Assembly: GCF_014280175.1 (NCBI RefSeq) | Contig: NZ_CP047931.1 | Coordinates: 1,140,001 to 1,172,000, forward strand | Direction: 5' to 3' | DNA: 32,000 nt | Origin: Synechococcus sp. A15-28 | GTDB lineage: Bacteria > Cyanobacteriota > Cyanobacteriia > PCC-6307 > Cyanobiaceae | Shown: positions 18,485 to 27,004 of the stretch, one piece after another | Position numbering within the stretch: position 1 is the first letter of the stretch | Layout: each line of letters opens with the position of its first letter | Program-made: the position numbers and the translations under genes | Notes under the pieces: generated by a model | The model's input: only the letters and a program-made list of their open reading frames with translations | Database searches by the model: none | Told to the model about the DNA's origin: nothing

Positions 18485-19972
18485 ATGGGTTTAAGTTCAT
18501 TCGTCATCCTTTATCATCGAACCCCGTTTGATGAGGGAAAAGATTCGTCAGGCAACCGAATCTGGGTTGACCAGAAAAGCCCAAACGGCATTATTCCAAC
18601 TCTGAGAAATCTTTTCAGAAGCCGAGATGACGGCACCTGGATTGCTTGGCGCCGGGTCGATCATCCCGAGCAGTCAGACGTTGAACGCTTGGAGATGGCC
18701 AACCCCTCTCCCTTCACGCTGAGCAGGATTCCGCTGACAGATGAACAGATATCCAGTTTTTATCACATCACTTCCAAGGAATCCTTCTGGCCAATTCTGC
18801 ACACATTCCCAACCCATTTCAACGTTAACAACGCCAATTGGACCATTTTTGAAGAGGTCAATAAGCGATTTGCCAATGCTGCCTGTGTAGAGGCCGCCGA
18901 GGGAGCGACCGTCTGGGTTCACGATTACAACCTCTGGCTTGCGCCTGGCTACATCCGACAGCAGAGACCAGATCTGAAGATCGCCTTCTTCCACCACACG
19001 CCGTTTCCGGGTAACGACGTTTTCGCCATCCTCCCCTGGAGAGAACAGATTCTGGAAAGTCTGCTCTGTTGTGATGTCGTCGGCTTCCATATCCCCCGCT
19101 ACACAGAGAACTTCGCCCGTGCTGCCAGCACACTGGTGGGAGCCAAGCGGGGCCCCAAGGTCCCTGTTGACCAAAAATTCATCACCGTCGGTACTGCCCT
19201 CTCGGAAGGGACAGTGACCAGCCATCTGGATCACAACGGCCGCCGCATTCAACTGTTGAGTTCCCCTGTGGGGACATCACCCGATGTGATTCAGGAGTTG
19301 TCGTGGAGCGCCTCCGTTGAAAGTTACGGAGAAATGATCGTCCAGGACACAAAAAAAGGACGAAAGTTGATTCTTTCGGCAAGCCGGGTTGATTACACCA
19401 AGGGCAACGAAGAGCTGCTTCTCGCATTTGAGCGTCTGCTCGAGCGACGGAAGGACTTGCATGGTGAAGTCGTCCTGATGCTGGCCTGCGTTGCTGCAGC
19501 AAGCGGCATGAAGATCTACGAGGAAACGCAGCGATCCATCGAGGAGATGGCCGGTCGCATCAACGGTCGTTTCAGTCAGGTCGATTGGATTCCGGTTCGG
19601 TTCTCCACCAGACGGATTCCCTATGAAGAGATGGTGGCTTGGTTCTGCCATGCAGATGTCTGCTGGATCACGCCGCTGCGGGATGGATTGAACCTGGTGG
19701 CCAAGGAATACGCCGCTGCCCGTCGTCATCGCGGAGGAGTGCTTGTTCTTTCGGAATTCACCGGTGCATCGGTTGTTCTTGAAGGGGCCGTCTTGACCAA
19801 TCCCTATTCCAACCGCCGCATGGACGACGCCATCGAGTCGGCTCTGGAGATGCCGGAGGACGAGCAGCGCCAACGGATGGAGACCATGTCAGCGGCTGTG
19901 GAGGCCTACACCGTGAAGGATTGGGCCGAGGAGCAGCTGGCAGGGTTCCCTGAAGTTGCCAACGTTGGCTGA
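18485..19972 (+). CDS. ggpS: Glucosylglycerol-phosphate synthase (GT20 family)
   Basis: GT20 features (VWVHDYNLWLAPGYIRQQRPDLKIAFFHHTPFPGNDVFAILPWREQIL; RVDYTKGNEELL; TPLRDGLNLVAKEYAAARRHRGGVLVLSEFTGASVVLEGAVLTNPY). The GgpS call over OtsA is supported by the downstream ggt-like transporter. Confidence 0.9.
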   Translation: MGLSSFVILYHRTPFDEGKDSSGNRIWVDQKSPNGIIPTLRNLFRSRDDGTWIAWRRVDHPEQSDVERLEMANPSPFTLSRIPLTDEQISSFYHITSKESFWPILHTFPTHFNVNNANWTIFEEVNKRFANAACVEAAEGATVWVHDYNLWLAPGYIRQQRPDLKIAFFHHTPFPGNDVFAILPWREQILESLLCCDVVGFHIPRYTENFARAASTLVGAKRGPKVPVDQKFITVGTALSEGTVTSHLDHNGRRIQLLSSPVGTSPDVIQELSWSASVESYGEMIVQDTKKGRKLILSASRVDYTKGNEELLLAFERLLERRKDLHGEVVLMLACVAAASGMKIYEETQRSIEEMAGRINGRFSQVDWIPVRFSTRRIPYEEMVAWFCHADVCWITPLRDGLNLVAKEYAAARRHRGGVLVLSEFTGASVVLEGAVLTNPYSNRRMDDAIESALEMPEDEQRQRMETMSAAVEAYTVKDWAEEQLAGFPEVANVG

Positions 19973-21234
19973 TGGTGGTCCGGCGCCGCTTGATCGCCTT
20001 TGGTCTCGGTCTTCTCCTGTTGGCAGGTGTCGTCTGGGGACGTCAGCAGCAAGTCCAGTCGGTCACGATCCTGATGCCAGCGCCCTACGCCGATGCCACG
20101 GCGACGCTGGTGGATCGGTTCAACGCTGACCACCGCGGCCAGATCCACCTCAGCGTCAGCCGAGGTCCCCTGGAGACGGAGTCAATCTCCGATCTGGCTA
20201 TCAGCAGTCTTCTGCTGGGGTCTCCACCGTTTGATGCCTTGCTGGTGGATGTGACCTGGCTGCCGAAGTATGTCGCCGCCGGATGGTTGGAACCCCTTGA
20301 ACCATGGTTTGACGCCGCTGATGAACAGGAGCTGGTGGCGGGAGCTCGGCTTGGCAATCGGGTGAATGGGTCCCTGTACCGCTGGCCTTTGGGTGCCGAT
20401 GTCGGCCTGCTGTACTGGCGAACAGACCTGATGGCCGATCCACCAACAACGCCGGATGAACTCACGGCTGTCGTGAGCAATCTGCAGCAGAACGGTCAGG
20501 CACCCCAGGGGTTTGTCTGGCAGGGGCGTCAGTACGAGGGTCTCAGTTGCGATTTTGTTGAAATGCTCCAGGCGTTCGGTGGTTCCTGGTTCAACGCAGC
20601 CACTGGAGAACCGAGCCTCGACAGTGCCGCGGCGCGACAGACCGCGACCTGGATGAAAAGCCTGATCAACAACGGAATCAGCCCGCGGGCCGTCACCAAT
20701 TACGCGGAGTCGGAGTCCCTGCAGGCGTTCAAGGCCGGCGACGCTGCGCTGATGCGCAACTGGCCCTATGCCTGGGCGGAACTGCAGGGAGATAACAGTG
20801 CAGTGAAGGGGCGCATCGGCGTCACCACCATGGTGGCGCTTCCGGGAGAGACCCCGGCCGCCACCCTCGGCAGCTGGGGGTTGAGCATGTTGCGGGACAC
20901 ACCCCATCCCGCAGCCACCGCTGAAGCGATCCGATATCTCACCAGCCAGGAGGCCCAACGGGAACGGTTTCTCAACCAGGGCTACACCCCAACAGCCCAG
21001 GCCCTTTTCCGGGATCCGGAGCTTGTGGAACGTTCTGCGGTCCTTCCGCAGCTGGAAGGGGCTCTGGCTAACGCGGTTCCACGGCCAATGTCCCCTCTCT
21101 ATGCCCAGATGAGCGATCTGCTGCAGCGTCAGCTGAGTGGAATCCTCACGGAAGATCTTGATCCAGATGCCGGGATGGCTCAGGCCCAGGCGTCAACCCT
21201 CACCTTGTTCCGTTCCGCTGGGGGCTCGACATGA
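19972..21234 (+). CDS. ggtB: Glucosylglycerol ABC transporter, substrate-binding protein (sugar-binding family)
   Basis: N-terminal TM/signal (MVVRRRLIAFGLGLLLLAGVVWG), DALLVDVTWLPKYVAAGWLEPLEPWF, RWPLGADVGLLYWRTDLM, ATLGSWGLSM; overlaps ggpS and the permease gene. Substrate inferred from context. Confidence 0.82.
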   Translation: MVVRRRLIAFGLGLLLLAGVVWGRQQQVQSVTILMPAPYADATATLVDRFNADHRGQIHLSVSRGPLETESISDLAISSLLLGSPPFDALLVDVTWLPKYVAAGWLEPLEPWFDAADEQELVAGARLGNRVNGSLYRWPLGADVGLLYWRTDLMADPPTTPDELTAVVSNLQQNGQAPQGFVWQGRQYEGLSCDFVEMLQAFGGSWFNAATGEPSLDSAAARQTATWMKSLINNGISPRAVTNYAESESLQAFKAGDAALMRNWPYAWAELQGDNSAVKGRIGVTTMVALPGETPAATLGSWGLSMLRDTPHPAATAEAIRYLTSQEAQRERFLNQGYTPTAQALFRDPELVERSAVLPQLEGALANAVPRPMSPLYAQMSDLLQRQLSGILTEDLDPDAGMAQAQASTLTLFRSAGGST

Positions 21235-22097
21235 ACCTTCTCCTGCTGCTGCCAGCGTTGCTGCTGATGGGCCTGGTGTTTGTCTGGCCGATGCTCCGCT
21301 ACGGCTGGCTGAGTTTTCATGCCGATTCAGTCCTCACCGGCCTCAACCCTGTGCCCAATGGCGGGGCCAATTGGGTTCGCTTGCTGGATGACCAGCGCTT
21401 CTGGCAGGACACGCTTCAGACCACCCGGTTCGCCGGCGTCTCCGTCGGCCTGGAACTGCTGCTCGCTCTGGCGATTGCCCTGCTGCTGGATCAACGCTGG
21501 CGTGGTCGAGGGATGGTGCGTGCCTTGGCCTTGCTGCCCTGGGCCCTCCCCACCACGATGATGGCCCTGGGTTGGCGCTGGATCTTCAACACCCCCTACG
21601 GCCCGATCGAACGTCTGACCCAGATGCTGGGGCTCGGACCCCTGAATCTCCTGTCCACGCCGATGTGGACTTGGCTGGTGACCGTTTTGGCCGATGTCTG
21701 GAAGACAACGCCATTCATCGCACTACTTTTGCTGGCTGGCCTGCAGACCATTCCTGAGGATCTGTACAGCGCCTTCCGTCTCGAAGGTGGGCGGCCAGTG
21801 CAGGCCCTGACGAGCATCACCCTGCCGTTGTTGATGCCCTACGTCCTGATTGCACTGCTGTTCCGCGGCGCTCAGGCCTTCGGCGTCTTCGATCTGATCC
21901 AGGTGCTCACGGGGGGCGGCCCGGCGGGCAGCACCGAAAGCGTGGCGCTCTATGCCTACCTCAGTGCCATGCGCTTCCTGGACTTCGGTTACAGCGCCAC
22001 CGCGATGCTGGCGGGATTTCTGCTGCTCAGCCTGACGATGCTGATCCTGGCGATGCTGCTGCGCCTCAGCGGTCTGATCAAGCCGGTTCAACCATGA
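21231..22097 (+). CDS. ggtC: Glucosylglycerol ABC transporter permease (MalF-type)
   Basis: MalF-like LLDDQRFWQDTLQTTRFAGVSVGLELLLALAIALLL, ALLPWALPTTMMALGWRWIF, EAMMM-like loop region FRLEGGRPVQALTSITLPLLMPY. Confidence 0.82.
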   Translation: MNLLLLLPALLLMGLVFVWPMLRYGWLSFHADSVLTGLNPVPNGGANWVRLLDDQRFWQDTLQTTRFAGVSVGLELLLALAIALLLDQRWRGRGMVRALALLPWALPTTMMALGWRWIFNTPYGPIERLTQMLGLGPLNLLSTPMWTWLVTVLADVWKTTPFIALLLLAGLQTIPEDLYSAFRLEGGRPVQALTSITLPLLMPYVLIALLFRGAQAFGVFDLIQVLTGGGPAGSTESVALYAYLSAMRFLDFGYSATAMLAGFLLLSLTMLILAMLLRLSGLIKPVQP

Positions 22098-22912
22098 CCC
22101 GTCGCCTTGCCCCCTGGATCAGCCTGTTGCTGGTGTGGTCCCTGCTGCCCATGCTCTGGCAGCTGATCAGCTCGTTCTCCACCGCGGAATCGCTGGTGGA
22201 CGGTTCGATTCCATTTCTGCAGCGCTGGACCCTGGTGCACTACAGGGAGTTATTGGCGAGCGATCCTCCCTTCTGGCGCTACGTGCTGAACAGTGCCGCC
22301 GTCAGCGGTCTCACCACCCTCATCACCCTTGCGCTGGCCATCCCCGCTGCCTATGGCCTGGCCAGAGTCCCCCAGCAGCTGCGGCGCATTGTGCGTTGGA
22401 TGACCGCTGCAGCCGCGTTGTTCCCCTATGTGCTGCTGTTTCTGGCGTTGCTGGAACTTGCCCGTCGGTTTTCACTGGGCAACAACCTGTTCGCCCTGGC
22501 CTTGCCCTATGCAGGTCTGGCGATGCCCCTGGCCCTGCTGCTGCTGACCTCAGCCTTCGAAGCACTTCCCAAGGAACTGGAGGATGCGGCCCGATTGGAG
22601 GGTCTGGGGCTCTGGCAGCGCCTCCGCTGGGTGCTGGTGCCTCTGCTGGCACCAGCCAGCGCCAGCACGGCGATTTTGGTGTTTCTGTTCGCCTGGAATG
22701 AATACCCCATCGCCTTGACCTGGCTCAGCCGGGACGAACTGCTGACCCTTCCGGTTGCCATGGCTCGCATTGCCGGATCGTCGATCTATTCCATTCCCTA
22801 CGGCGCCTATGCCGCCGCCACGGTTCTGGGGTCCCTTCCTCTGCTGCTTCTGGTGCTGGTCTGTCAACGTCAGATCGTGTCAGGGCTCACCAACGGAGCG
22901 ATCAAAGGCTGA
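22094..22912 (+). CDS. ggtD: Glucosylglycerol ABC transporter permease (MalG-type)
   Basis: MalG-like WRYVLNSAAVSGLTTLITLALAIPAAYGLAR, FEALPKELEDAARLEGLGLWQRLRWVLVPLLAPASAS, FLFAWNEYPIALTWL. Confidence 0.82.
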   Translation: MTRRLAPWISLLLVWSLLPMLWQLISSFSTAESLVDGSIPFLQRWTLVHYRELLASDPPFWRYVLNSAAVSGLTTLITLALAIPAAYGLARVPQQLRRIVRWMTAAAALFPYVLLFLALLELARRFSLGNNLFALALPYAGLAMPLALLLLTSAFEALPKELEDAARLEGLGLWQRLRWVLVPLLAPASASTAILVFLFAWNEYPIALTWLSRDELLTLPVAMARIAGSSIYSIPYGAYAAATVLGSLPLLLLVLVCQRQIVSGLTNGAIKG

Positions 22913-23883
22913 TGCTGCATCTCAACGGGCTGGGCAAATGCTTCGGGGACCAGTGGATTCTGCGGGACCTCAACCTTCAGTTGCATGAGGGTGAATGTGT
23001 CGCTTTGCTGGGGCCCAGCGGTTGCGGCAAAAGCACTGCGTTGCGCTTGATCGCAGGACTGGAACGACAGGATGAGGGATCCATCGAACTCGATGGTGCA
23101 CCGCTGGACAGCATCCCCGCGGAACGCCGGCGCATCGCCATGGTGTTTCAGAGCTACGCGCTGTTTCCTCACCTGAGCGTTCAGGAAAACCTCGACCTCG
23201 GTTTGAAGATCCGCCGAGTTGCCCCCGCTCAACGCCAGCAACGGATTGAGTTGGTGTTGGACACGGTGCGACTGCGGGAGATGGCCGATCGTCGACCTCA
23301 GCAGCTGTCCGGAGGACAACGCCAGAGGGTTGCCCTGGCCAGAGCTCTTCTCCGTGATCCCAGGGTCTACCTGCTGGACGAACCGATGAGCAACCTGGAT
23401 GCCCAGTTGCGGGATGACCTGCGTCCGGAACTGCGCCAGCTGATCCTGCAGGGATCCCAACCTGTGGTGTATGTCACCCACGACCAGCAGGAGGCGATGG
23501 CTCTGGCGAACCGCATTGCCGTCCTCAAAGGGGGACGCATTGAACAGATCGGAACCCCTGAAGAGCTCTACAAGACGCCCGCCAGCCGCTTCGTCGCCAG
23601 CTTCATCGGCCGTCCTCAGATCAATCTGCTGAACGTGGATCAACAGCTCACCATCGGCATCCGACCAGAGGACGTGGGCTTCGATCCCGATGGGATGCCC
23701 TGTCGCCTGATCAGTCGTGAATGGCAGGGGGCGAGCCAGTTGTTGTTGCTGGACAGTCCCCGCGGAGCCCTGCGCATGCTTTGTGCCGGTGATGCTGTCT
23801 TGAGCGAGCCCCTGTCCGTGAGCTGGCCGGCCCATGCGGAGCATCGCTTTGATGCCGGCAGCGGACGTCGACTTGCTGGATAA
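22912..23883 (+). CDS. ggtA: Glucosylglycerol ABC transporter ATP-binding protein (MalK-type)
   Basis: [93 protein letters not shown]. Confidence 0.87.
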   Translation: MLHLNGLGKCFGDQWILRDLNLQLHEGECVALLGPSGCGKSTALRLIAGLERQDEGSIELDGAPLDSIPAERRRIAMVFQSYALFPHLSVQENLDLGLKIRRVAPAQRQQRIELVLDTVRLREMADRRPQQLSGGQRQRVALARALLRDPRVYLLDEPMSNLDAQLRDDLRPELRQLILQGSQPVVYVTHDQQEAMALANRIAVLKGGRIEQIGTPEELYKTPASRFVASFIGRPQINLLNVDQQLTIGIRPEDVGFDPDGMPCRLISREWQGASQLLLLDSPRGALRMLCAGDAVLSEPLSVSWPAHAEHRFDAGSGRRLAG

Positions 23884-23897
23884 CCCGGACTTAACCC
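23879..23897 (+). promoter_or_regulatory. Candidate Pho box upstream of the PstS/SphX-like gene
   Basis: Direct repeat GATAACCC (23879-23886)-GGA-CTTAACCC (23890-23897): two 8-mers with 3-bp spacing (11-bp phase), close to the cyanobacterial CTTAACCT Pho-box unit. Located 48 bp before the ATG and overlapping the ggtA stop. Confidence 0.5.
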
Positions 23898-23944
23898 CAC
23901 GCCACGGCGCAAAGCGCATCATTGGGGAACCGTTCTGAAAGTCG

Positions 23945-24982
23945 ATGGGGTCCCGTTTCACGCTCCGCTCGTTCCTTGTGATTGCAGGGTTCAGCGCTGT
24001 GGTTGGGGTGAGCGGCAGTGCCGCCAATGGGGCTGACACCATCCGTATCAGTGGCTCCAGCACCGTCTTTCCGATCACCAAGGCCGCGATTCAGGGATAT
24101 CGAACAACAACCAAAGGAAAGTCTGTTGACTTTGACATCAAGGAAACAGGTTCAACAGCAGGCTTCCGCGAATTCTGCAACGGCAATATTCCTCTGGCCA
24201 ACGCATCGCGGCCGATTTCCGGCAAGGAGCTGAAGCGTTGTGCAGACAATGGCATCAACTTCATTGAACTTCCTATTGCCTTTGATGCCATCACTGTGGT
24301 GGTCAACCCGGCGAACAACTGGGCAAGGTCGATGACCGTCAATGAACTCTCCAGGCTGTGGAGTAAAACAGCCCAAGGAACGATCAACCGCTGGAACCAG
24401 GTGAATCTTGATTACCCGGATCGGGCCATCAAGTTGTGTGGTCCGGGCCAGGATTCAGGAACCTTTGACGTCTTCAACAAAACGATCAACGGCTCCAAGA
24501 CCAATTCAAGAACGGATTACCTGGCCAGCGAGGACGATAATGACCTTGTGAAGTGCGTGGCTGATCACCCCCAGGCTCTGGCGTATTTCGACTATGCCTA
24601 CTTCAAAAACAACACGGACAAACTCACAGCCGTCAAAGTCATTAATCCCAAGGACAATGCTGTCTTGCCATCCGTCAAAAGTGTGCAGAATGAAAAATAC
24701 CGACCCTTGTCTCGCCCACTGTTCCTCTACATCAATGATCAGTCCCTGAGAAACAATAAGCCCTTCAGGCAATTCATCAGCTACTACCTGCGCAACATCA
24801 GCACCTTGGTCTCCACGAGCAACTACATCCCCTTGCCAGATTCAACTTATCGCCTTGTTGAATCCAAGAAATATCGCCACATTCTTGGCACAAGTTTTGG
24901 AGGCAATCTGCCCGTGGGCCTCACGATTGGGCAAGCCATTGATCGCAGTTTTGATCAACACAAAACCGAATATCACCGCTGA
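23945..24982 (+). CDS. Phosphate-binding periplasmic protein, PstS/SphX-like
   Basis: Sec signal peptide ending ANGA, then DTIRISGSSTVFPITKAAIQGY, STAGFREFCNGNIPLANASRPI, CGPGQDSGTFDVFNKTI. Confidence 0.87.
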   Translation: MGSRFTLRSFLVIAGFSAVVGVSGSAANGADTIRISGSSTVFPITKAAIQGYRTTTKGKSVDFDIKETGSTAGFREFCNGNIPLANASRPISGKELKRCADNGINFIELPIAFDAITVVVNPANNWARSMTVNELSRLWSKTAQGTINRWNQVNLDYPDRAIKLCGPGQDSGTFDVFNKTINGSKTNSRTDYLASEDDNDLVKCVADHPQALAYFDYAYFKNNTDKLTAVKVINPKDNAVLPSVKSVQNEKYRPLSRPLFLYINDQSLRNNKPFRQFISYYLRNISTLVSTSNYIPLPDSTYRLVESKKYRHILGTSFGGNLPVGLTIGQAIDRSFDQHKTEYHR

Positions 24983-26037
24983 GGCAGAAAACGCCTGAGT
25001 TGGCGGCCATGGAGGGCAGCTCCGGATCGGATGCGCTCAACCTGCTCAGGATCGGCTGGGCAATCCAAAGCGGCTCGCCATTGGCTGAGGAGCCCCTGTT
25101 CGTCAGGCAGCGCATCGAGAGATGTGCAGGGAACCCCCGCCATGGCAGCGGCAGCTTCAACCTTGGGGTCGTAACTCAAGGCCGCCATCGGGCAGAGAGC
25201 AAGACGGGCCAGGATGAGCGCATGGAGGCGCATCGGGATCACCAGGCGAGCCTTGCGAACCGAAGCGAAAACCATCTCCAGCGACGTTGGAACCACCGTG
25301 GTGCTGCGTGACCGGAGATCTGACGACACCACCCCCTGATCGCTGAGCCAATCGAGCAGACCTCCATCCTGATGGCGATGGAACGCCAACCAGCGGATCG
25401 GTGCATCCAGTTCCTCGGCCAGCCCCTGCAGCGCGTTCAGCAACACGGTCCACTCCTGAAGGCCCAGCAGCGGAGACGGACGCCAGCACACCACAATCGA
25501 TTGCCCCCCGGTCCAGGACTGTCGGGGCAATCCCCAGACCGGATCTGGTGCGATCTGCATCGGCAGCTGAGGAGCCCAGCGGCTGGCACGGTCCATCGAC
25601 GCCTGGTCCCGCCAGCTGGCACTGCGGCAGGCAGGGAGCAGCAGGCGCACCAACCTGCGACTGATGGGATGTTGCAACGGGCCCAGCCCCTGTCCCCACA
25701 GCAGCACCGGCCGGCCCTGCAAACGGGCCAGGGCGATGATCACCAAGTAATAGACCAGGCTGCGCAGGCTGGTGCTGTCCTGCAGCAAGCTGCCGCCACC
25801 CAGAACCACGGCGTCGACCCGTCCGATGGATCGCAGCACAGAACGGAGGGAGCGCCGGTTCACTGCTTCAGCATCCGGCGCCAGTGCAGCGAGTGCATCG
25901 GCGTCATGGGCCGTGACCAGCAGGCGACAGGGCTGCGGCATCTCCCGGAGCAGCACCGTCAGCAGGGCGTCATCCCCGAGGTTGTTCTCGCCGTAATAGC
26001 CGCACAGGAGATAGGCCGGAACGGATCTGGCAGCCAA
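24973..26037 (-). CDS. csaB: Polysaccharide pyruvyl transferase family protein (CsaB-like)
   Basis: LLCGYYGENNLGDDALL, VVLGGGSLLQDSTSLRSLVYYLVIIALARLQGRPVLLWGQGLGPL, VIPMRLHALILARLALCPMAALSYDPKVEA. Confidence 0.85.
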   Translation of the reverse strand: MAARSVPAYLLCGYYGENNLGDDALLTVLLREMPQPCRLLVTAHDADALAALAPDAEAVNRRSLRSVLRSIGRVDAVVLGGGSLLQDSTSLRSLVYYLVIIALARLQGRPVLLWGQGLGPLQHPISRRLVRLLLPACRSASWRDQASMDRASRWAPQLPMQIAPDPVWGLPRQSWTGGQSIVVCWRPSPLLGLQEWTVLLNALQGLAEELDAPIRWLAFHRHQDGGLLDWLSDQGVVSSDLRSRSTTVVPTSLEMVFASVRKARLVIPMRLHALILARLALCPMAALSYDPKVEAAAAMAGVPCTSLDALPDEQGLLSQWRAALDCPADPEQVERIRSGAALHGRQLRRFLPQR

Positions 26038-26097
26038 GGGACTGACCTCCGCGAGGGGGGCTCATTATCAACTGAACCCACTGATTAGGGTGTCGGT

Positions 26098-26376
26098 ATG
26101 CATGCCCTCTCCCTTGGCACCTGGTGGATTCATGTCACCTCGGTGATCGAATGGAGCCTGGCCATCATCCTGATTCAACGTCGAGGATTGAAGTGGTTGG
26201 CCCTGGCCATGGTGCCGGCTTTGATCAGTGCCTTGGCGGCGTGCACCTGGCATCTGTTCGATAACAGCGAGGCCCTGCGCCCTCTGGTGACCCTGCAGGC
26301 GGCGCTCACCCTCATCGGCAACGTCGTCCTGGCGTGGGCGGCATGGGCCCTCCTGCAACGACGGGCAGCAAGCTGA
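26098..26376 (+). CDS. DUF2499-family membrane protein
   Basis: MHALSLGTWWIHVTSVIEWSLAIILI...; cyanobacterial/plastid family commonly adjacent to a DUF3593 gene. Confidence 0.8.
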   Translation: MHALSLGTWWIHVTSVIEWSLAIILIQRRGLKWLALAMVPALISALAACTWHLFDNSEALRPLVTLQAALTLIGNVVLAWAAWALLQRRAAS

Positions 26377-26379
26377 GCC

Positions 26380-26676
26380 ATGGACTTTGATCCCGCACCG
26401 CTGTTTGCCCTGTCGCTGCTGCCTTATCTGTTGTTTCTCCGTTGGCTCAAACGCAGTGAGGCCTTGCCCGATCTCGCACTCTGGGGGTTCCGGCTGACGC
26501 TGTTGTTTGTGCTGATGACCATCGGCGCTGCCGTGCTGGCCCTGCGCTGTTGCGATGCGGAACTGGTGGCGGTGGATGTCCTCCATGGCGGAGCGGAAGC
26601 CTTTCTCACCCTGGCCAATGCCGTTTTGGTGATCGGTCTGCTGCGCTCCGAGACCGACAGGGTGAACAACTCTTAA
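26380..26676 (+). CDS. DUF3593-family membrane protein
   Basis: DPAPLFALSLLPYLLFLRWLKRSEALPDLALWGFRLTLLFV...VDVLHGGAEAFLTLANAVLVIGLLR; adjacent to the DUF2499 gene. Confidence 0.8.
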   Translation: MDFDPAPLFALSLLPYLLFLRWLKRSEALPDLALWGFRLTLLFVLMTIGAAVLALRCCDAELVAVDVLHGGAEAFLTLANAVLVIGLLRSETDRVNNS

Positions 26677-26733
26677 GAGGAGAAGACAGAAGACCGCCGA
26701 GCTTGGAAGATAAAGCGTCGCTCACTGGCTTTA

Positions 26734-26991
26734 ATGCTGACCCCTCTCTTCGCCATCGCCCCCGCAACCCTGACCTGGTCTCCGAAGGTTGCGCTGGTGA
26801 TGATTGTCTGCAATGTGATCGCCATTGCCGTGGGCAAGGCCACCATCAAGCACCCCAACGAAGGTGCCGCACTGCCGAACGCCGCCTTCTTCGGTGGCAT
26901 GGGCCACGCCGCTCTGCTCGGAACCACCAGCCTCGGTCACATCATCGGCATCGGTGCCATTCAGGGTCTGGCTGCCCGAGGCGTCCTCTGA
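26734..26991 (+). CDS. psaK: Photosystem I reaction centre subunit PsaK
   Basis: TWSPKVALVMIVCNVIAIAVGKATIKHPNEGAALPNAAFFGGMGHAALLGTTSLGHIIGIGAIQGLAARGVL; two TM segments, typical PsaK. Confidence 0.93.
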   Translation: MLTPLFAIAPATLTWSPKVALVMIVCNVIAIAVGKATIKHPNEGAALPNAAFFGGMGHAALLGTTSLGHIIGIGAIQGLAARGVL

Positions 26992-27004
26992 GTCGCGTCC
27001 GCGT

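Noticed and set aside
22870-24081. 403-aa minus-strand ORF antisense to ggtA and the start of the PstS/SphX-like gene
   Set aside because: Spans two well-supported genes and an intergenic regulatory region, with no domain resemblance; treated as spurious.
24983-25002. GAGGC-AGAAAAC-GCCTG small inverted repeat after the PstS/SphX-like stop, considered as a terminator
   Set aside because: Only a 4-5 bp stem without a T-run, and within the csaB coding region; not supportable.
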